Positions 52,038-64,000 of a DNA stretch of 64,000 nucleotides are shown here, one piece after another. This DNA comes from Camelus dromedarius (lineage: Eukaryota), in NCBI RefSeq assembly GCF_036321535.1, contig NC_087472.1, positions 92,010,001-92,074,000 of the forward strand. The letters are read 5' to 3'. Position 1 is the stretch's first letter. Every line of letters starts with the position of its first letter. A program made the translations under genes and the position numbers. The notes beneath the pieces were generated by a model, which worked only from the letters and a program-made list of their open reading frames with translations, did not search any database and was not told where the DNA came from.

Positions 52038-54852
52038 TTCATTGTAATCAAATTAATAATAAAATAATAATAATGATGATGATGAAGAACAGGAGAAATG
52101 ATGATGCTAACAAGTTTGTTTTTGTAAATTTTGTGATATAAAAACATGTAGCCATTTTTGGTCTCTATTTTCTCATCAGTTTAAAGAGAAGAATTTGACT
52201 GGATAACTACCAAAGCCCCTTCATTTCATAGTTTCTAAATCTAGAATTGTGAAGAGTGACGCGTGTCTAGTTTCTTAGCTGGCCACCAACAAATAAAATT
52301 GCACTCTTAGTGTTAAAAGAACAAACTACATGATTCATGTTTGCGTCCAAGAAACTAGACCAGAACTACATCACGAATTGGGAATTTCAATGGACTCTCT
52401 GCACTGATTTTGTGACAACACTCTTTCTTGCACCTTTTCTTTTTTCCCTTCTTTCCCTTCAGGCCCTTTTCCAAGGTAAGAAGAAGCAGACTCACTTAGA
52501 TTGTCTCTATTCCAGTTCTTAAAGCATTTTAACAAGTACTTCAACAGGCTTCCAAACTTTCAGATATCAGTAGCCCACAGAAGCTGTTCTAACCTCCACC
52601 TCCATCTTTCTTTGGGTTCCAAGCCTGTCCTAGCACTACGCCTTGAACATTTAACACTTCAAAAGGAAGTCAGACTTCTGCTTAGCTAGAAATTTTTAAA
52701 GCAAACATGCAAAGTTGCATTTTCTCCCTAATCTATTCTTCCTCTCTGCACTAAGGAAAGACTTTGATTTTGAGAATTTGTAAGATTCATATCTTAAGTT
52801 AGGCCCTATAATGATCTAAGAATATGAATACTAGCTTTCATTTATTGATTTATCATTTGTTTAAGGATATGAAATATTAAATAAATGCTATCATGAAAAA
52901 TATTCCTCTTCAGGTTAGAATCACAATTCTTACATGCTTTCGGTTTCAAAAGTAAGATATTAGATCACAACAGCTGTCAAGAGTTATTACTTTCATTCAT
53001 CCTGGCACATTAAATTTGGATTGAGTAGAACTGAATGCCATCAGCTTAAATAATTATAATACCAGTCTGTGTTTGCCTTTACACGCTTTAATTATGATGT
53101 CTATTTGTTCAGAAGCTCCAATTTATGTCTAGCAAGCTTTATTTCAGGCAATGGAGCTATGTTGATCTGCATGTCTTTCTTAAGTGGGCAACAAGTACAT
53201 CATTTGTCATCTGAAACTTAGACTTTGGATACAAATGTTTTTATCTTGAGTGAAAGGAAAGTTTTATGGTTTTTTATATGAGTTTGTCAGTGAAAATATG
53301 TTTTGTACATTCCCCATGGAGCAGAAAAACCAAGGTCAACAGCATCACATTTGCTGGTGACAACCAGAAGAGTAATGTGGATGGAAAAACCCAAATAGTC
53401 AATGCTGACTCCTTTACCTCTGGGAAGGAAGGTCATATTTGCATCACTAGAGTAATTCAGCAACGAAGTATTCTTTAACATCAACAGTATTGTATGCTAC
53501 TTTCACATTAGGTATCAAATTCAACACCTGAATTGTTTTGTTTCTAGCGTATTGATATTAAGTATTTTCCTTCCTGAAAAAGGAAACAAAGAAGCTTCCT
53601 AATTTTAGTAAGATAAAATAGTAACCATTTAGAAAAGATGTGTTTCATTTCAAGAAAATAACAGCTATCTATGAAAAAACAGACCCAGATAGCAAATGTT
53701 AGAGGGCTATTTTTCACTACATAAAATAACTCCCCATATACTTTTCTTGGATTAAAAACTCAACTAGCATATTTGTAATATAACACATTCCATGCACAAT
53801 ATATTTAAATACACAGTTTCAGAACATATAAAAGATTGAAGTAAAGTATGTTTCCATAACTAATTATTTTACAGCAAAGTAAATTAAACATACAATTTTC
53901 ATGTCATCAAACGCTTTCCTTGAGATATTAACATCTGGTGAATCCTTGTTACTCAATCAGATACATGAGTTTTCTTTTTAACAAATTTAACAAAAGAAAG
54001 TGGATAGTAAAGAAACAATAAAGTATATTTTTTTTCTTGCAGAAAATTTGGAGATGTGTGCCCTTTGTGACATGTACACCTTATCAACAATCAGTATTTA
54101 TTGACATTCCCTGTGCCCAGAGCACATCACAAAATTACCATGTGCTTTATTAAAAAACACAAAATCTAAAGGAAGTTGTCAGTTGAGCATTAGGATAAGC
54201 AAGAGAAAAAATGGATAGAGACTGTAGACATTTGATCAGGTTTCTGTATTTCTTCAACTGTATAGACTACATTTATTTGAAATCCTCCAAATGTGGATAA
54301 TCCTGAACAAAGAGAGGCCACACTCACACTCAGTGAGTGAAGAGAGAGAGCTCAGAGTTGGAAGGAAGAAATGATTCTGATATCAAAGGAAAGTAACTTT
54401 TCCTACAGGATTTCTATGTTACAAAGATATATCACTTTATTCATTTTATCAAAAAATTAAGTTATTAAACTCATTACATACTTCTGGTGAGAGTCTGTAC
54501 AACTTCTCTTGTAAGAATTCTGAAACTATGTAGCAAGAAAAAAATGAACTTTGCAAAAATCTGAATTTATAGCAATAAATATAAAAGCATAGGATATTCA
54601 CATGGATCTCATGCAGCCATTAAAAGGGTATTTTGAGAATATTCAACAGAAGCAGAATGTTTCTACAATGTGAAGTATAAGAAACAAGATTCTTTTCTGT
54701 ATTTCCAAATTTCTACCTATAATTAACCTGTAAATTTACGTTTAAAGCAAAAAGCAAAATAAAGTGATATCCATATGTAGGCAAGTAATTAATGATACTT
54801 TTCAGTAAATTCTAAGTTGTAAAGTGTAAGTGTCTCACTGGGTCAAGAGTGG

Positions 54853-54915
54853 AATGAATTTCTACTTTTTGAAAGTCTGGTAATGATTTCTACTTTTGAA
54901 AGTCTGGTTATGATT
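54853..54915. repeat. About 28-bp tandem duplication
   Basis: aatgaatttctactttttgaaagtctggt / aatgatttctacttttgaaagtctggt / tatgatt. Confidence 0.9.
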
Positions 54916-57900
54916 AATATAACATCCTCTGTTCTGGAAGGTTCTGAAAATGGGCTCCTGGCCACATCTTTGATTGACATCCTTGAGGCTCAAGCTCAGC
55001 AAGACAATGGTGTCTGTCCTTTGATTCCCTTGACTACAACCACCTGAAAAGACTAAGTCAGGCTCACCTCCTGGACTGACCTTCAGAATTCTACAGTGTG
55101 ATTTCTGGGCCTTCTGCCCAGGGAAGTGCTGTCCATATATTTGCTGATGCCTGAAAGTTACTTAAAAGGGACAAAGTTCCTTTTTTTTTTTTTTCCACAT
55201 TTAGAAGTAACACACAAATGCCACTTAAAATGGAAATGCTAGGCTGTGACCTCATATTGACTGAAATTCAAACCCACCAATTTACATATTTTATGTGAAT
55301 TCACTTACTCTTATACTTTTTCCTAAGTACTTTGGTTTTTGATGTCTTTTGCTTTCTATACTGAAACAGTTAAAATGATCACTATCAGAATCTTTCCAGT
55401 TTTGAGAAGATGAAGAATTTGCAAGAAAGGAAGACACAAGGGATGTGTAAAGAGAAAGGCAGACATGGCCAGCAAAAGGCAGAGAAAGGAAAATTTGGAG
55501 ATGAAGACAAATTCATGCATTTCATGATTTTATGTAAGTCATTATTAATGTGCTTCATATATTTGCACACAAACTAGAGATTTGATGGATTTACAGTTAC
55601 TAAGGTCAGGTGGATGGATGTGTATTTAACTAAGCCAAGATGTTCATGTTAGGTCACCAGACATGTATTAACTCCGCTTTGTATAATTTCTGGTGATTGT
55701 TCTTATAATTTAATTCATATAGTAATTTTATTAACCTCTGATGTTAACCTTCAATTTAGGACAAGGTTTAGTCAGACCCCTGAGCTCTTGTCCAATGAAA
55801 CTTTGTTGGACATTTTCACCTTCTCTTGAGAGTAGGCAGCACTTACACCTTCCCCATCCACTGGTCCTGGCCACCCTCTTTACTCCCACCCTATAACTCT
55901 TCACTCAGTCCCCTTACTGGGGATTTGATATCACTTCTTGTGCCTCTTGAAATTAATAGCTTTTTAAAATCTGGAAATGGCAAAAATTAAATCCCAAAGG
56001 AAGTAAAAAAGTCAAAGCACACGTTGTAGAAAACAAACATATTTAGGCATCTTGCGTCTTTCCCTTTTGTGGCCCTTAATATTATTTCCTATTTTCACTT
56101 ATCCTTTGTGATCAGCTACTCTCCTACTCAAATACTATTAAAGTGACAACACTAACAAGATAGTTTTTCAAGTCAACTGTTGCTCAAAAATTCATGGATT
56201 AGGGTTAAATTCCTCAAACTAGTAAATGGTTTATCACACTGAGAACTAGAATCAGAAAATAAAACAAAAGTTGTTTAGAAGAATCCAAATCCCAGGTTGA
56301 CGTCCACAGTTTACTTGGTGTTTAAAGAGAGCTCATGTTCCTTTAGGCAGTGACAATAAAGGAGTTAATTTGAATATGTCCTGGGGGCATTTCGATAACA
56401 CAAGCTCATCTTTCATCAAATGAATATACAGCCAAATCTTCTAATTTGCATAAGTAATTTTCATATTTTCAATTTGATTTGATCAGTCTTTATAACTTTT
56501 GTTCAAGAAAAAGTAACTTGACAAAGAAAGCTTTACAAATTACTTATTCCATTTTGTAAGACATTTTAGTAGAAGGTAGAGAACAATCTGATTTATTCCA
56601 AATTCAGGGACAACAGAAGGAAACCCAGTGGGTAACCATCTATCATAAAATTATTTTAATTACAGTGTAAGTAAAGAGATACATACAGTTAGCATCACTT
56701 TTGCTATGGTCATTGTAGATAAGTGGTACAATAAACCACTCCTTCTTGGTGCAAGATATTTATAGTTCTGTATAACTCCTTAGAAATATATCTTCATAGG
56801 AGCTATTGAAAGGTCTGTATGAACATGGCCACTTATGAAAATTTATATTTCAAAATTTCTTTTCAAAGTAGCAATACAATCTAATATACCTCAATATACC
56901 ATAGCATGAGTAAAGAGCATGATACAATTTTAATACGTTTGTTTTGTATGCAGCATTGCTCTAAATCTGCTTGTAGTCTTCCATCTCAAAATAATGACAA
57001 TTATAATACCATTTGTATGTACATGGAATTGATCCAAAGACCTGGGTTTACCATCAAAGAAACATATTGGTACACTGACTTGTATAAAATTGCATTCTTT
57101 CAGGCCTCCAAGTTAGTAAATACAATGTTGGAAATCTGTTGACTACCATAATTCTACAGGCTCTAAAACCATCATCTTATCTTTTTGCACTATAACTTTG
57201 GATGTGTGATTAGTAAAGATTATCAGGTCTGTAATCTTCATTTTGAAGACAGACTTACAATTTTGATATTAATTCTCACCCCAGTAACAATAATAACATT
57301 GGTAACATAAGGGATGGGCTATCTACTCTTTTTCAGTTGTATACAATAAATGCATTTCTACTTTCAAATGACTAATGAAAGAAAAAAATTCCTTAACATG
57401 AATAACTGTTAAACTTATAATTTTGATAACCCTTTATGTCCAGCCACTAAAAAAACATAATTTTCTGCTAAAGTATATGATATATACATGCATGCATACT
57501 ATACTTCAAATAAAAATAAATAATATTATTGAGGGTACTGTATACATTTATAATTAAGGGGGGGATTTCTCATAATTTAGTATAACTGAATATAGATAAA
57601 TCGGACTAAGAAATTCCAGACTTTAAGATAAGTATGTTAGAATTCATATTTGTGGACAACTAGATATTTTTACCAAAGCATATTCTATCCATGTTCTTAT
57701 GTTTCAGTTCTTCAAATAAAAGCCACTTGCTTACATTTTATAACTATATAATCCATAGCTTAACTAGCACAATGTCCATTATATTTGACTAGATAAAAAC
57801 AAATTTTAACTGTTAAGGTGACATTTATTTTAATGAATCTGTACCCATACCCCCAATTTTCAAAAATTGTATTTTAACATATTAGTGGATATTATAAGTC

Positions 57901-58226
57901 AAATGGTTCCATACTGCCTGTTTTAAAACCAATTCAAGCCTTATAAAATGACAAAATAATACCATCAACAAAACCTTCAGCCTATCTAATTGCTCAGCAA
58001 CCATGTAAATAACACACAAGTCTTTACATCCATATGTACTGCTTAGTCCTAATGCATGTACTTGGGGAGATGGAAAGGGCAGCACTTGCTGAGATTTCCT
58101 AATTTTGCCCCCTTTAAATAAATATGGGCTTAGCTCAGAGTATTACATGAGGTTACAATCTAGGTTTTTTAAATGTTGGAATGTAATGAGAAAAGTGTAT
58201 TAACCAGAATTAAGGAATTTACTCAC

Positions 58227-58301
58227 CCAGCTGGATCTCTTGAATCGTCAGTTTACTTTCCACAGGATACAAAAGCTTGGGTGGTTTATCAGTCAGAGGG
58301 G
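58227..58301 (-). CDS. IL1RAPL1: IL1RAPL1 internal coding exon (exon 6, 75 nt, phase 1-1; Ig2-Ig3 linker/start of Ig3)
   Basis: Minus strand reads ttattgtgtttcag|CCCCTCTGACTGATAAACCACCCAAGCTTTTGTATCCTGTGGAAAGTAAACTGACGATTCAAGAGATCCAGCTGG|gtgagt, with canonical AG/GT. It translates (A)[24 protein letters not shown](G), matching my recollection of human IL1RAPL1 [26 protein letters not shown] and not IL1RAPL2 (ALLTDKPPKPLFPMEN...). Exon number is from recalled gene structure. Confidence 0.95.
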
Positions 58302-58936
58302 CTGAAACACAATAATAATATAGACTTATGGTGATGCTGCATGAACTGAAGGATAGAACACAGTTTATTTTCCCAAATATTTTTCATTCTCCGAGAAGGG
58401 TGTCAAGGCACTCTACCAAGTAATGACTTACATGTTGCACGTAGTACCTTCAGGCGAGCTGCAAAGCTATTAGCTGTCAATGAGTCAAATATAACACAAC
58501 CAAGTTGACAGTCACATGAGACTGCTGAAGTATAGAATCAGAACTGGCCAATCCTTAAGAATATGTAATTGTACTTCATCAAATATTTTCAATTTGCACC
58601 TTGTTTTCCTTTCTAAAAGGTACCTTACATTGTCTCTGTGTTAATTAAAGATACACATGATATATGCATCATGTATGTCAATGATTTGCTGTCTCATTCT
58701 TCTTAATTCCATTCCTAGTTTCCTTACCATGGATCACATTGCCTCAAAATTCATAACTTAGTAATTAGATTAAGTATTTATCATATACATATTCTATAAA
58801 TAGGGTAGCAATGTGGCATTAAATTACTACAAGTACTAGTGGCATACTCAAACGTGCACAAAAGTATTCACCAAGTAATATTTTATATGATACTTTCCAT
58901 TTAGTCAGAACCCCTTATTACTATTATCCATTACAA

Positions 58937-61013
58937 TTTTTTACATTTTTTTATTTAGTTATAGTCATTTTACAACGTTGTGTCAAATTTCAGTGTAGAG
59001 CATAATTTTTCAGTTACACATGAACATACGTGTATTCATTGTCACTTTTTTTTCACTGTGAGCTACCACAAGATCTTGTATATATTTCTCTGTGCTATAC
59101 AGTATAATCTTGTTTATCTATTCTGCATGAGCCTGTCAGTATCTACAAATTTTGAACTCCCAGTCTGTCCCTTTCCACCCCCTGCCCCCTTGGCAATCAT
59201 AAGTTTGTAAGATATCTATGAGTCTGTTTCTGTTTTGTGTTTATGCTCTTTTTTTTTTTTTAGATTCCACGTATGAGCGATCTCATATGGTATTTTTCTT
59301 TCTCTTTCTGGCTTACTTCACTTACAATGACATTCTCCAGGGACAGCCATATTGCTGCAAATAGCATTATGGTGTTGTTTTTTATGGCTGAATAGTATTT
59401 CATTGTATAAATACACCATCTTTTCTTTATCCAGTCATCTGCTGATGGACATTTAGGCTGTTGCCATGTCTTGGCTATTGTAAATAGTGCTGCTATGAAC
59501 ATTGGGGTGCAGGTGTCTTTTTGAAGTAGGGTTCCTTCTGGATATACGCCCAGGAGTGGGATTCCTGGGTCAAATGGTAAGTCTATTCCTAGTCTTTTGA
59601 GGAATTTCCATACTGTTTTCCACAGTGGCTGCACCAAACTGCATTCCCATCAGCAGTGTACGGGGGTTCCCTTTTCTCCACAGCCTCTCCAGCATTTGTG
59701 ATTTGTAGACGTTTGAATGATGGCCATTCTGGCTGGTATGAGGTGATACCTCGTTGTAGTTATGATTTGCATTGCTCTGATAATTAGTGATACTGAGCAT
59801 TTTTTCATGTGCCTATTGATCATTTGTATGTCTTCCTTGGAGAATTGCTTGTTTAGGTCTTCTGTCCAGTTTTGGATTGGGTTGTTTGTTTTTTTCTTAT
59901 TAAGTCATATGAGCTGCTTATATATTCTGAAGATCGAGCCTTTGTCGGCTTCATCTTTTGCAAAAATTTTCTCCCATTCCATAGGTTGTCATTTTGTTTT
60001 GCTTATGGTTCCCTTTGCCATGCAGAAGCTTGTAAGTTTACTTAGGCCCCATTTGTTTATTCTTGCTTTTATTTCTATTGCTTGGGTAGACTGCCTTAGG
60101 AGAACATTTCTGAGATATATGTGAGATAATGTTTTGCCTATATTTTTTTCTAGGAGGTTTATTGTATCTTGTCTTATGTGTAAGTCTTTGATCCATTTTG
60201 GGTTGATTTTTGTGTATGGTGTAAGGGAGTGTTCTAGCTTCACTGATTTACATGCTGCTGTCCAGTTTTCCCAACACCATTTGCTGAAGAGACTGTCTTT
60301 ATTCCATTGTATCTTCTTGTCTCCTTTGTCGAAGATTAGTTCACCAAAAGTTTGTGGGTTCATTTCTGGGCTCTCTCTTCTGTTCCATTGGTCTATATGT
60401 CTGTTTTGGTACCAATACCATGCTGTCTTGATGACTGTAGCTCTATAGTATTGTCTGAAGTCTGGGAGAGTTATTCCTCCAGCCTCTTTCTTTCTCTTCA
60501 GTAATGCTTTGTTAATTCTACGTCTTTTGTTGTTCCATATAAATTTTATTATGATTTGTTCTAGTTCTGTGAAATATGTCCTGGGTAATTTGATAGGGAT
60601 TGCATTAAATCTGTAGATTGCCTTGGGCAGTGTGACCATTTTAACAATATCGATTCTTCTAATCCAGGAGCATGGGATATCTTTCCATTTTTTTAAGTCT
60701 TCTTTAATTTCCTTCATCAATGGTTTATAGTTTTCCATGTAGAAGTCCTTCACCTCCTTGGTTAGATTTATTCCTAGGTATTTTATTACTTTGGGTGCTA
60801 TTTTAAAGGGGATGTTTCTTTACTTTCTTTTCTTGTTGATTCACCATTAGTGTAAAGAAATGCAACTGATTTTTGTACATTAATCTTATAACCTGCTACC
60901 TTGCTGAATTCTTTGATTAGTTCTCGTAGTTTTTGTGTGGACCTTTTAGGGTTTTCTATATATAGTATTATGTCATCTACATATAGTGACACTTTTACCT
61001 CTTCTTTTCCAAT
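58937..61013 (-). mobile_element. Young camelid-like L1, 5'-truncated, about 2.1 kb (RT domain end to A tail), frameshifted
   Basis: ORF2 pieces: 60798..61046 ([22 protein letters not shown] catalytic YxDD motif), 59989..60753 ([11 protein letters not shown]...AIPIKLP...[14 protein letters not shown]...WCWENW) and 59260..59637 (VQPLWKTVW...CTPMFIAALFTIAK); then 3'UTR and tail. Confidence 0.97.
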
Positions 61014-62609
61014 ACATTTTATAGTACTGATTGCTAATTTGTACAATACACTGTCTTTGATTTTTTAGTGTCTACGCATTACTGCTCTGTGCACTTGTCA
61101 ATTTCTCAATTATCAGTCTACAGATCTAAGAGTTGCTATTAAGCATCTTGAAGATATGTTGTTAATTGTATACTTCATTCCTAGCTAAATGAGACTATCT
61201 GGACTTTGGACAAATAGTTCTCCTTCATTAAGACTCCCTCCTCACCCTCTGTGATGGACATGCCCAGGTCCCTTCTAAATCTGTCACTATAACTTTCACT
61301 CTATAACAAGCACAGAAATGATCAATTAAGGGTTGCTGAATTAAATGTTTTTGCTTTGAGGGCTTTCTTCCTTCCTTGCCAGGAGGACATGACAGTTTGG
61401 TTGATAATCAGAAGGCCGATCTAGGCAGCAAGGCCAGGAGTTGGCCATGTATCCTCATCACCAGAGGATTCAAGAATTCAATCTGCGTCGGCAGTTCACC
61501 TCTATCTCTCTTTAACAGAAAATGCAGTCAGTGCAAACGAATGATACATCCCAGCTCAGAAAAACAGGGATGAGTTTTAAGAGTTCTGGTTTGGAAGACC
61601 AACCTTACATAGGATCAATAGTTTTTATTCATAATTAAGTGAATGCATTAATCATTCATCTTCATTAATATTTAACACAAGGGTGGGAAGGAAGGGGAAA
61701 GAAAAGTTGAGGTAACAAGAAGAGATAAATCACCTTGAAATTCTTTTCAAAGATTTGACATCACTCTGATTAACCTAAGATACTTGTATTTCTTGCCTAA
61801 AGTGATCTTAACAGCTTTTTTCTCCTACCAGCTAGATCATTCACTAAATTTTAGCAAAATAGTTCACCAAAAATAAGTCAGAAAGCCACATTTCTTAGGC
61901 TCTGGTTATCAAATGATTTCAGTGAACTTCAAAAGCAACTACGGCATCAGAATAACCAGTTTATTCAGTCATTCACTCAGTTTATAAAATCTCACAATTG
62001 TGTAGTTACAGGTAGACAATTTAACAGTTTGTTATAGAAAGCAGCTTAACAAAAAGGTCCCTGTTCAGTCACATCCTGCACTAACTTAGAGTAAGAGAAA
62101 ATATCTACAGAAAGATAATAAAATCCATATGTACAACATTTGTTCATAAATATGAAATTGTTGTGTGGTTCTCCATTCCAACCCATCACCCATCCAACTG
62201 CATAATGTTACATCCCTAAGACCTTTCACATTACCCTCATGCACGACTCCAAGATAGCAGAGGAATTAGAGAAGGGTGGAGCCAGAGAAAATTATATGCT
62301 TATTAAGTTCTTTGATTTTTAAGTGTTCCCTCAAGCCCTATGGTTTCCATAGTGCCCCACCAGGAAGGTGAAATGCAGATAGAGATAAGGAGTGATCGTG
62401 GGGTTTGACTCCATACCTTGTTATACTGCCCACCCCTCTCTGATAAAAGGAGCTCTGCTTTTATTTATCTTATACATCAGTATTTCATCCAGAATTTTCA
62501 CCAAAAAATCCAGTTCAACTCAACTGATGTATACTGAACACTATAATGTGCTAGGTAGTATGATAGGGGGTTTGGAATATCTCTGATTTCTGCCCTTATA
62601 TCATATAGT

Positions 62610-62765
62610 CATCAGAAGTTAAAAAAATAATAGTATTAGTGAAAAAAATCTGGGCTGATTCAATTCCTTGTTTTAGAGATTAAGTGACTGAGGTACCAAA
62701 AGTACAGCTGGCTTGGCAAAGGTAACAGAACAAATTCAAGCTAGAGTCCTTGCTAGCTCTTCGCC
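62610..62765 (-). mobile_element. MIR fragment
   Basis: ttttagagattaagtgactgaggtacc...ggcttggcaaaggtaacag. Confidence 0.5.
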
Positions 62766-63459
62766 TCCCAAAACTTTGTGACCTGCTCCTTGAAAATTCT
62801 GTCAAGCAACTACTATAGTTCTGTGGAATGCGCCCCCTCAAAGTGTAAGCATTCTATCAGGAGAGCAAAAACATGCATCTAAGTGACTGACCATAACCTA
62901 CAGAGCACTTGTACTGTAGGACCCGCCATCTCTAAGTGTCTTGTTTTGATATGCTATGGAGGGAGGTCCTTTAGGCATGTTTCTTTTGTGACTCACCTGT
63001 CTTTGGTGAAAGTGAACTGAAACTAACAGACAGCACAACAGATGACTACAGATTGGACACATGACTGTGAAATGGGATGACCATTAAAGGTAAGATATAT
63101 CTCAGCTCCAAGGTCATGTGAGGGTGACCAATTGTGCTGCCACAAAGAAAAATATGTGCTGAATTATCCATTATTTGAATGTTTCTGACACTTTAGGATG
63201 TTTAAAAAAATGTAAGTTGAATTAAGTTGACAGAAGACAGAACTGGCAAACCAACGCAGGAATGGTAATGACCAAACAAAATGAACACATACACACAAAC
63301 ACAAAGCCCTCTTTATTTTCTGCATGGGCAAAGGTGGGACTGGAAGGAAATTCAAACAAATTAGTTACAAAAAAAAAAAACAAAGTAATTAGCATTAGAC
63401 CATGAGTAGACCAACTGACATTTTATTGTCAAGAAAAAAACTTGCCTTTTGGGACTCTC

Positions 63460-63480
63460 TTTCTCTCTGTCTCTCTTAGA

Positions 63481-63510
<30 letters not shown>
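63460..63510. repeat. (CT)n followed by (CA)n microsatellite
   Basis: Direct reading. Confidence 0.9.
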
Positions 63511-63511
<1 letters not shown>

Positions 63512-64000
63512 TAAGCTGAAATCATTGAAAAATAAAGCAAGTCTGACACTAGTGACATGAAGCACAGGTTGATTTTAAATTGTAATCATATTTTCTCTAC
63601 AAAAATAAGTATACAACAATTACAGTGGAGATGTTTCTGTAGCTAATTATGGATGCAAATATTTCTATGTATCCACCAATAAAAATATTTTCAAGCTCTC
63701 ATTTTATTCTTCAGAGCATCCTATTGACATTAAAGATGACATAGTAATTTAAAATAAAAAAGCTTCATTTTTATTTTAAATAGTGCATTTCCTACTGAGT
63801 TGTTAATATGTCCTAATTGACAAAACTGTTCCTCACTTTCAGAGAGCGGGAATTTTAAAGAATATTTGTTTTCCTTACCAGTTGCTAGTTAGAGAAACAT
63901 TTGGAAGTGGGTATACATGAAGCTGTGCATAGGAATGATTCTTTATGTTAAGGTTCCCTAAATAATCACGAAGGGATGAAGTCTCTCTTTTTTCCACATT

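Larger units (their letters stand above)
1..58226 (-). other. IL1RAPL1: IL1RAPL1 intron 6 (5' portion; continues beyond the window)
   Basis: Starts at the GTGAGT donor (58226-58221). I did not find the next exon (DSANLTCRAFFGY...) in the window, consistent with the very long introns of this gene. Confidence 0.85.
58302..64000 (-). other. IL1RAPL1: IL1RAPL1 intron 5 (3' end)
   Basis: Ends at the AG acceptor (58303-58302); no upstream IL1RAPL1 coding exon recognised in the window. Confidence 0.85.

Noticed and set aside
58448..58458. 11-nt microexon using AAG|GTACTA as donor
   Set aside because: Weak donor and frameshifting; the GTAAGT donor 16 nt further on is a better fit.
59260..61046. ORFs of 254, 125 and 82 aa as a host gene or active retroelement
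   Set aside because: They are frameshifted pieces of a 5'-truncated L1 ORF2; the overlapping plus-strand ORFs are antisense shadows.
62997..63016. Minus-strand tttcag|20 nt|gtgagt exon-like unit in intron 5
   Set aside because: 20 nt (26 nt from the upstream AG) is frameshifting and has no other support; within chance expectation.
1..64000. tRNA, rRNA, snoRNA or miRNA genes, processed pseudogenes, NUMTs, CpG-island promoter
   Set aside because: None recognised by eye and no CpG island is present; an Infernal/Rfam and BLAST search would be needed to exclude small RNAs.

Overview
AT-rich, CpG-poor mammalian genomic DNA. The young L1 3' ends resemble camelid L1s as I recall them, and I saw no primate, ruminant, pig or carnivore SINEs, so the species call is tentative. 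The only recognisable coding sequence is one 75-nt internal exon on the minus strand (58227-58301). It translates as (A)[24 protein letters not shown](G), which I recognise as exon 6 of the X-linked synaptic organiser IL1RAPL1. The window is therefore the end of intron 5 (58302-64000) and the first 58 kb of intron 6 (1-58226). It is filled with old repeats (MIR, L2, MLT1, LTR16, MER5/20/58, Tigger, old L1/HAL1) and several younger 5'-truncated L1s; the longer ORFs in the track are L1 ORF2 remnants or chance ORFs. The best leads are exon-like units on the IL1RAPL1 strand in repeat-free DNA: an 18-nt candidate microexon with an SRRM4-type UGC acceptor (19996-20013), a 27/42-nt candidate 130 nt upstream of exon 6, and a 45-nt candidate poison exon (44374-44418). 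These are sequence-only predictions and chance splice-site pairs are expected in 64 kb. Repeat subfamily names are from memory and most repeat boundaries are approximate.
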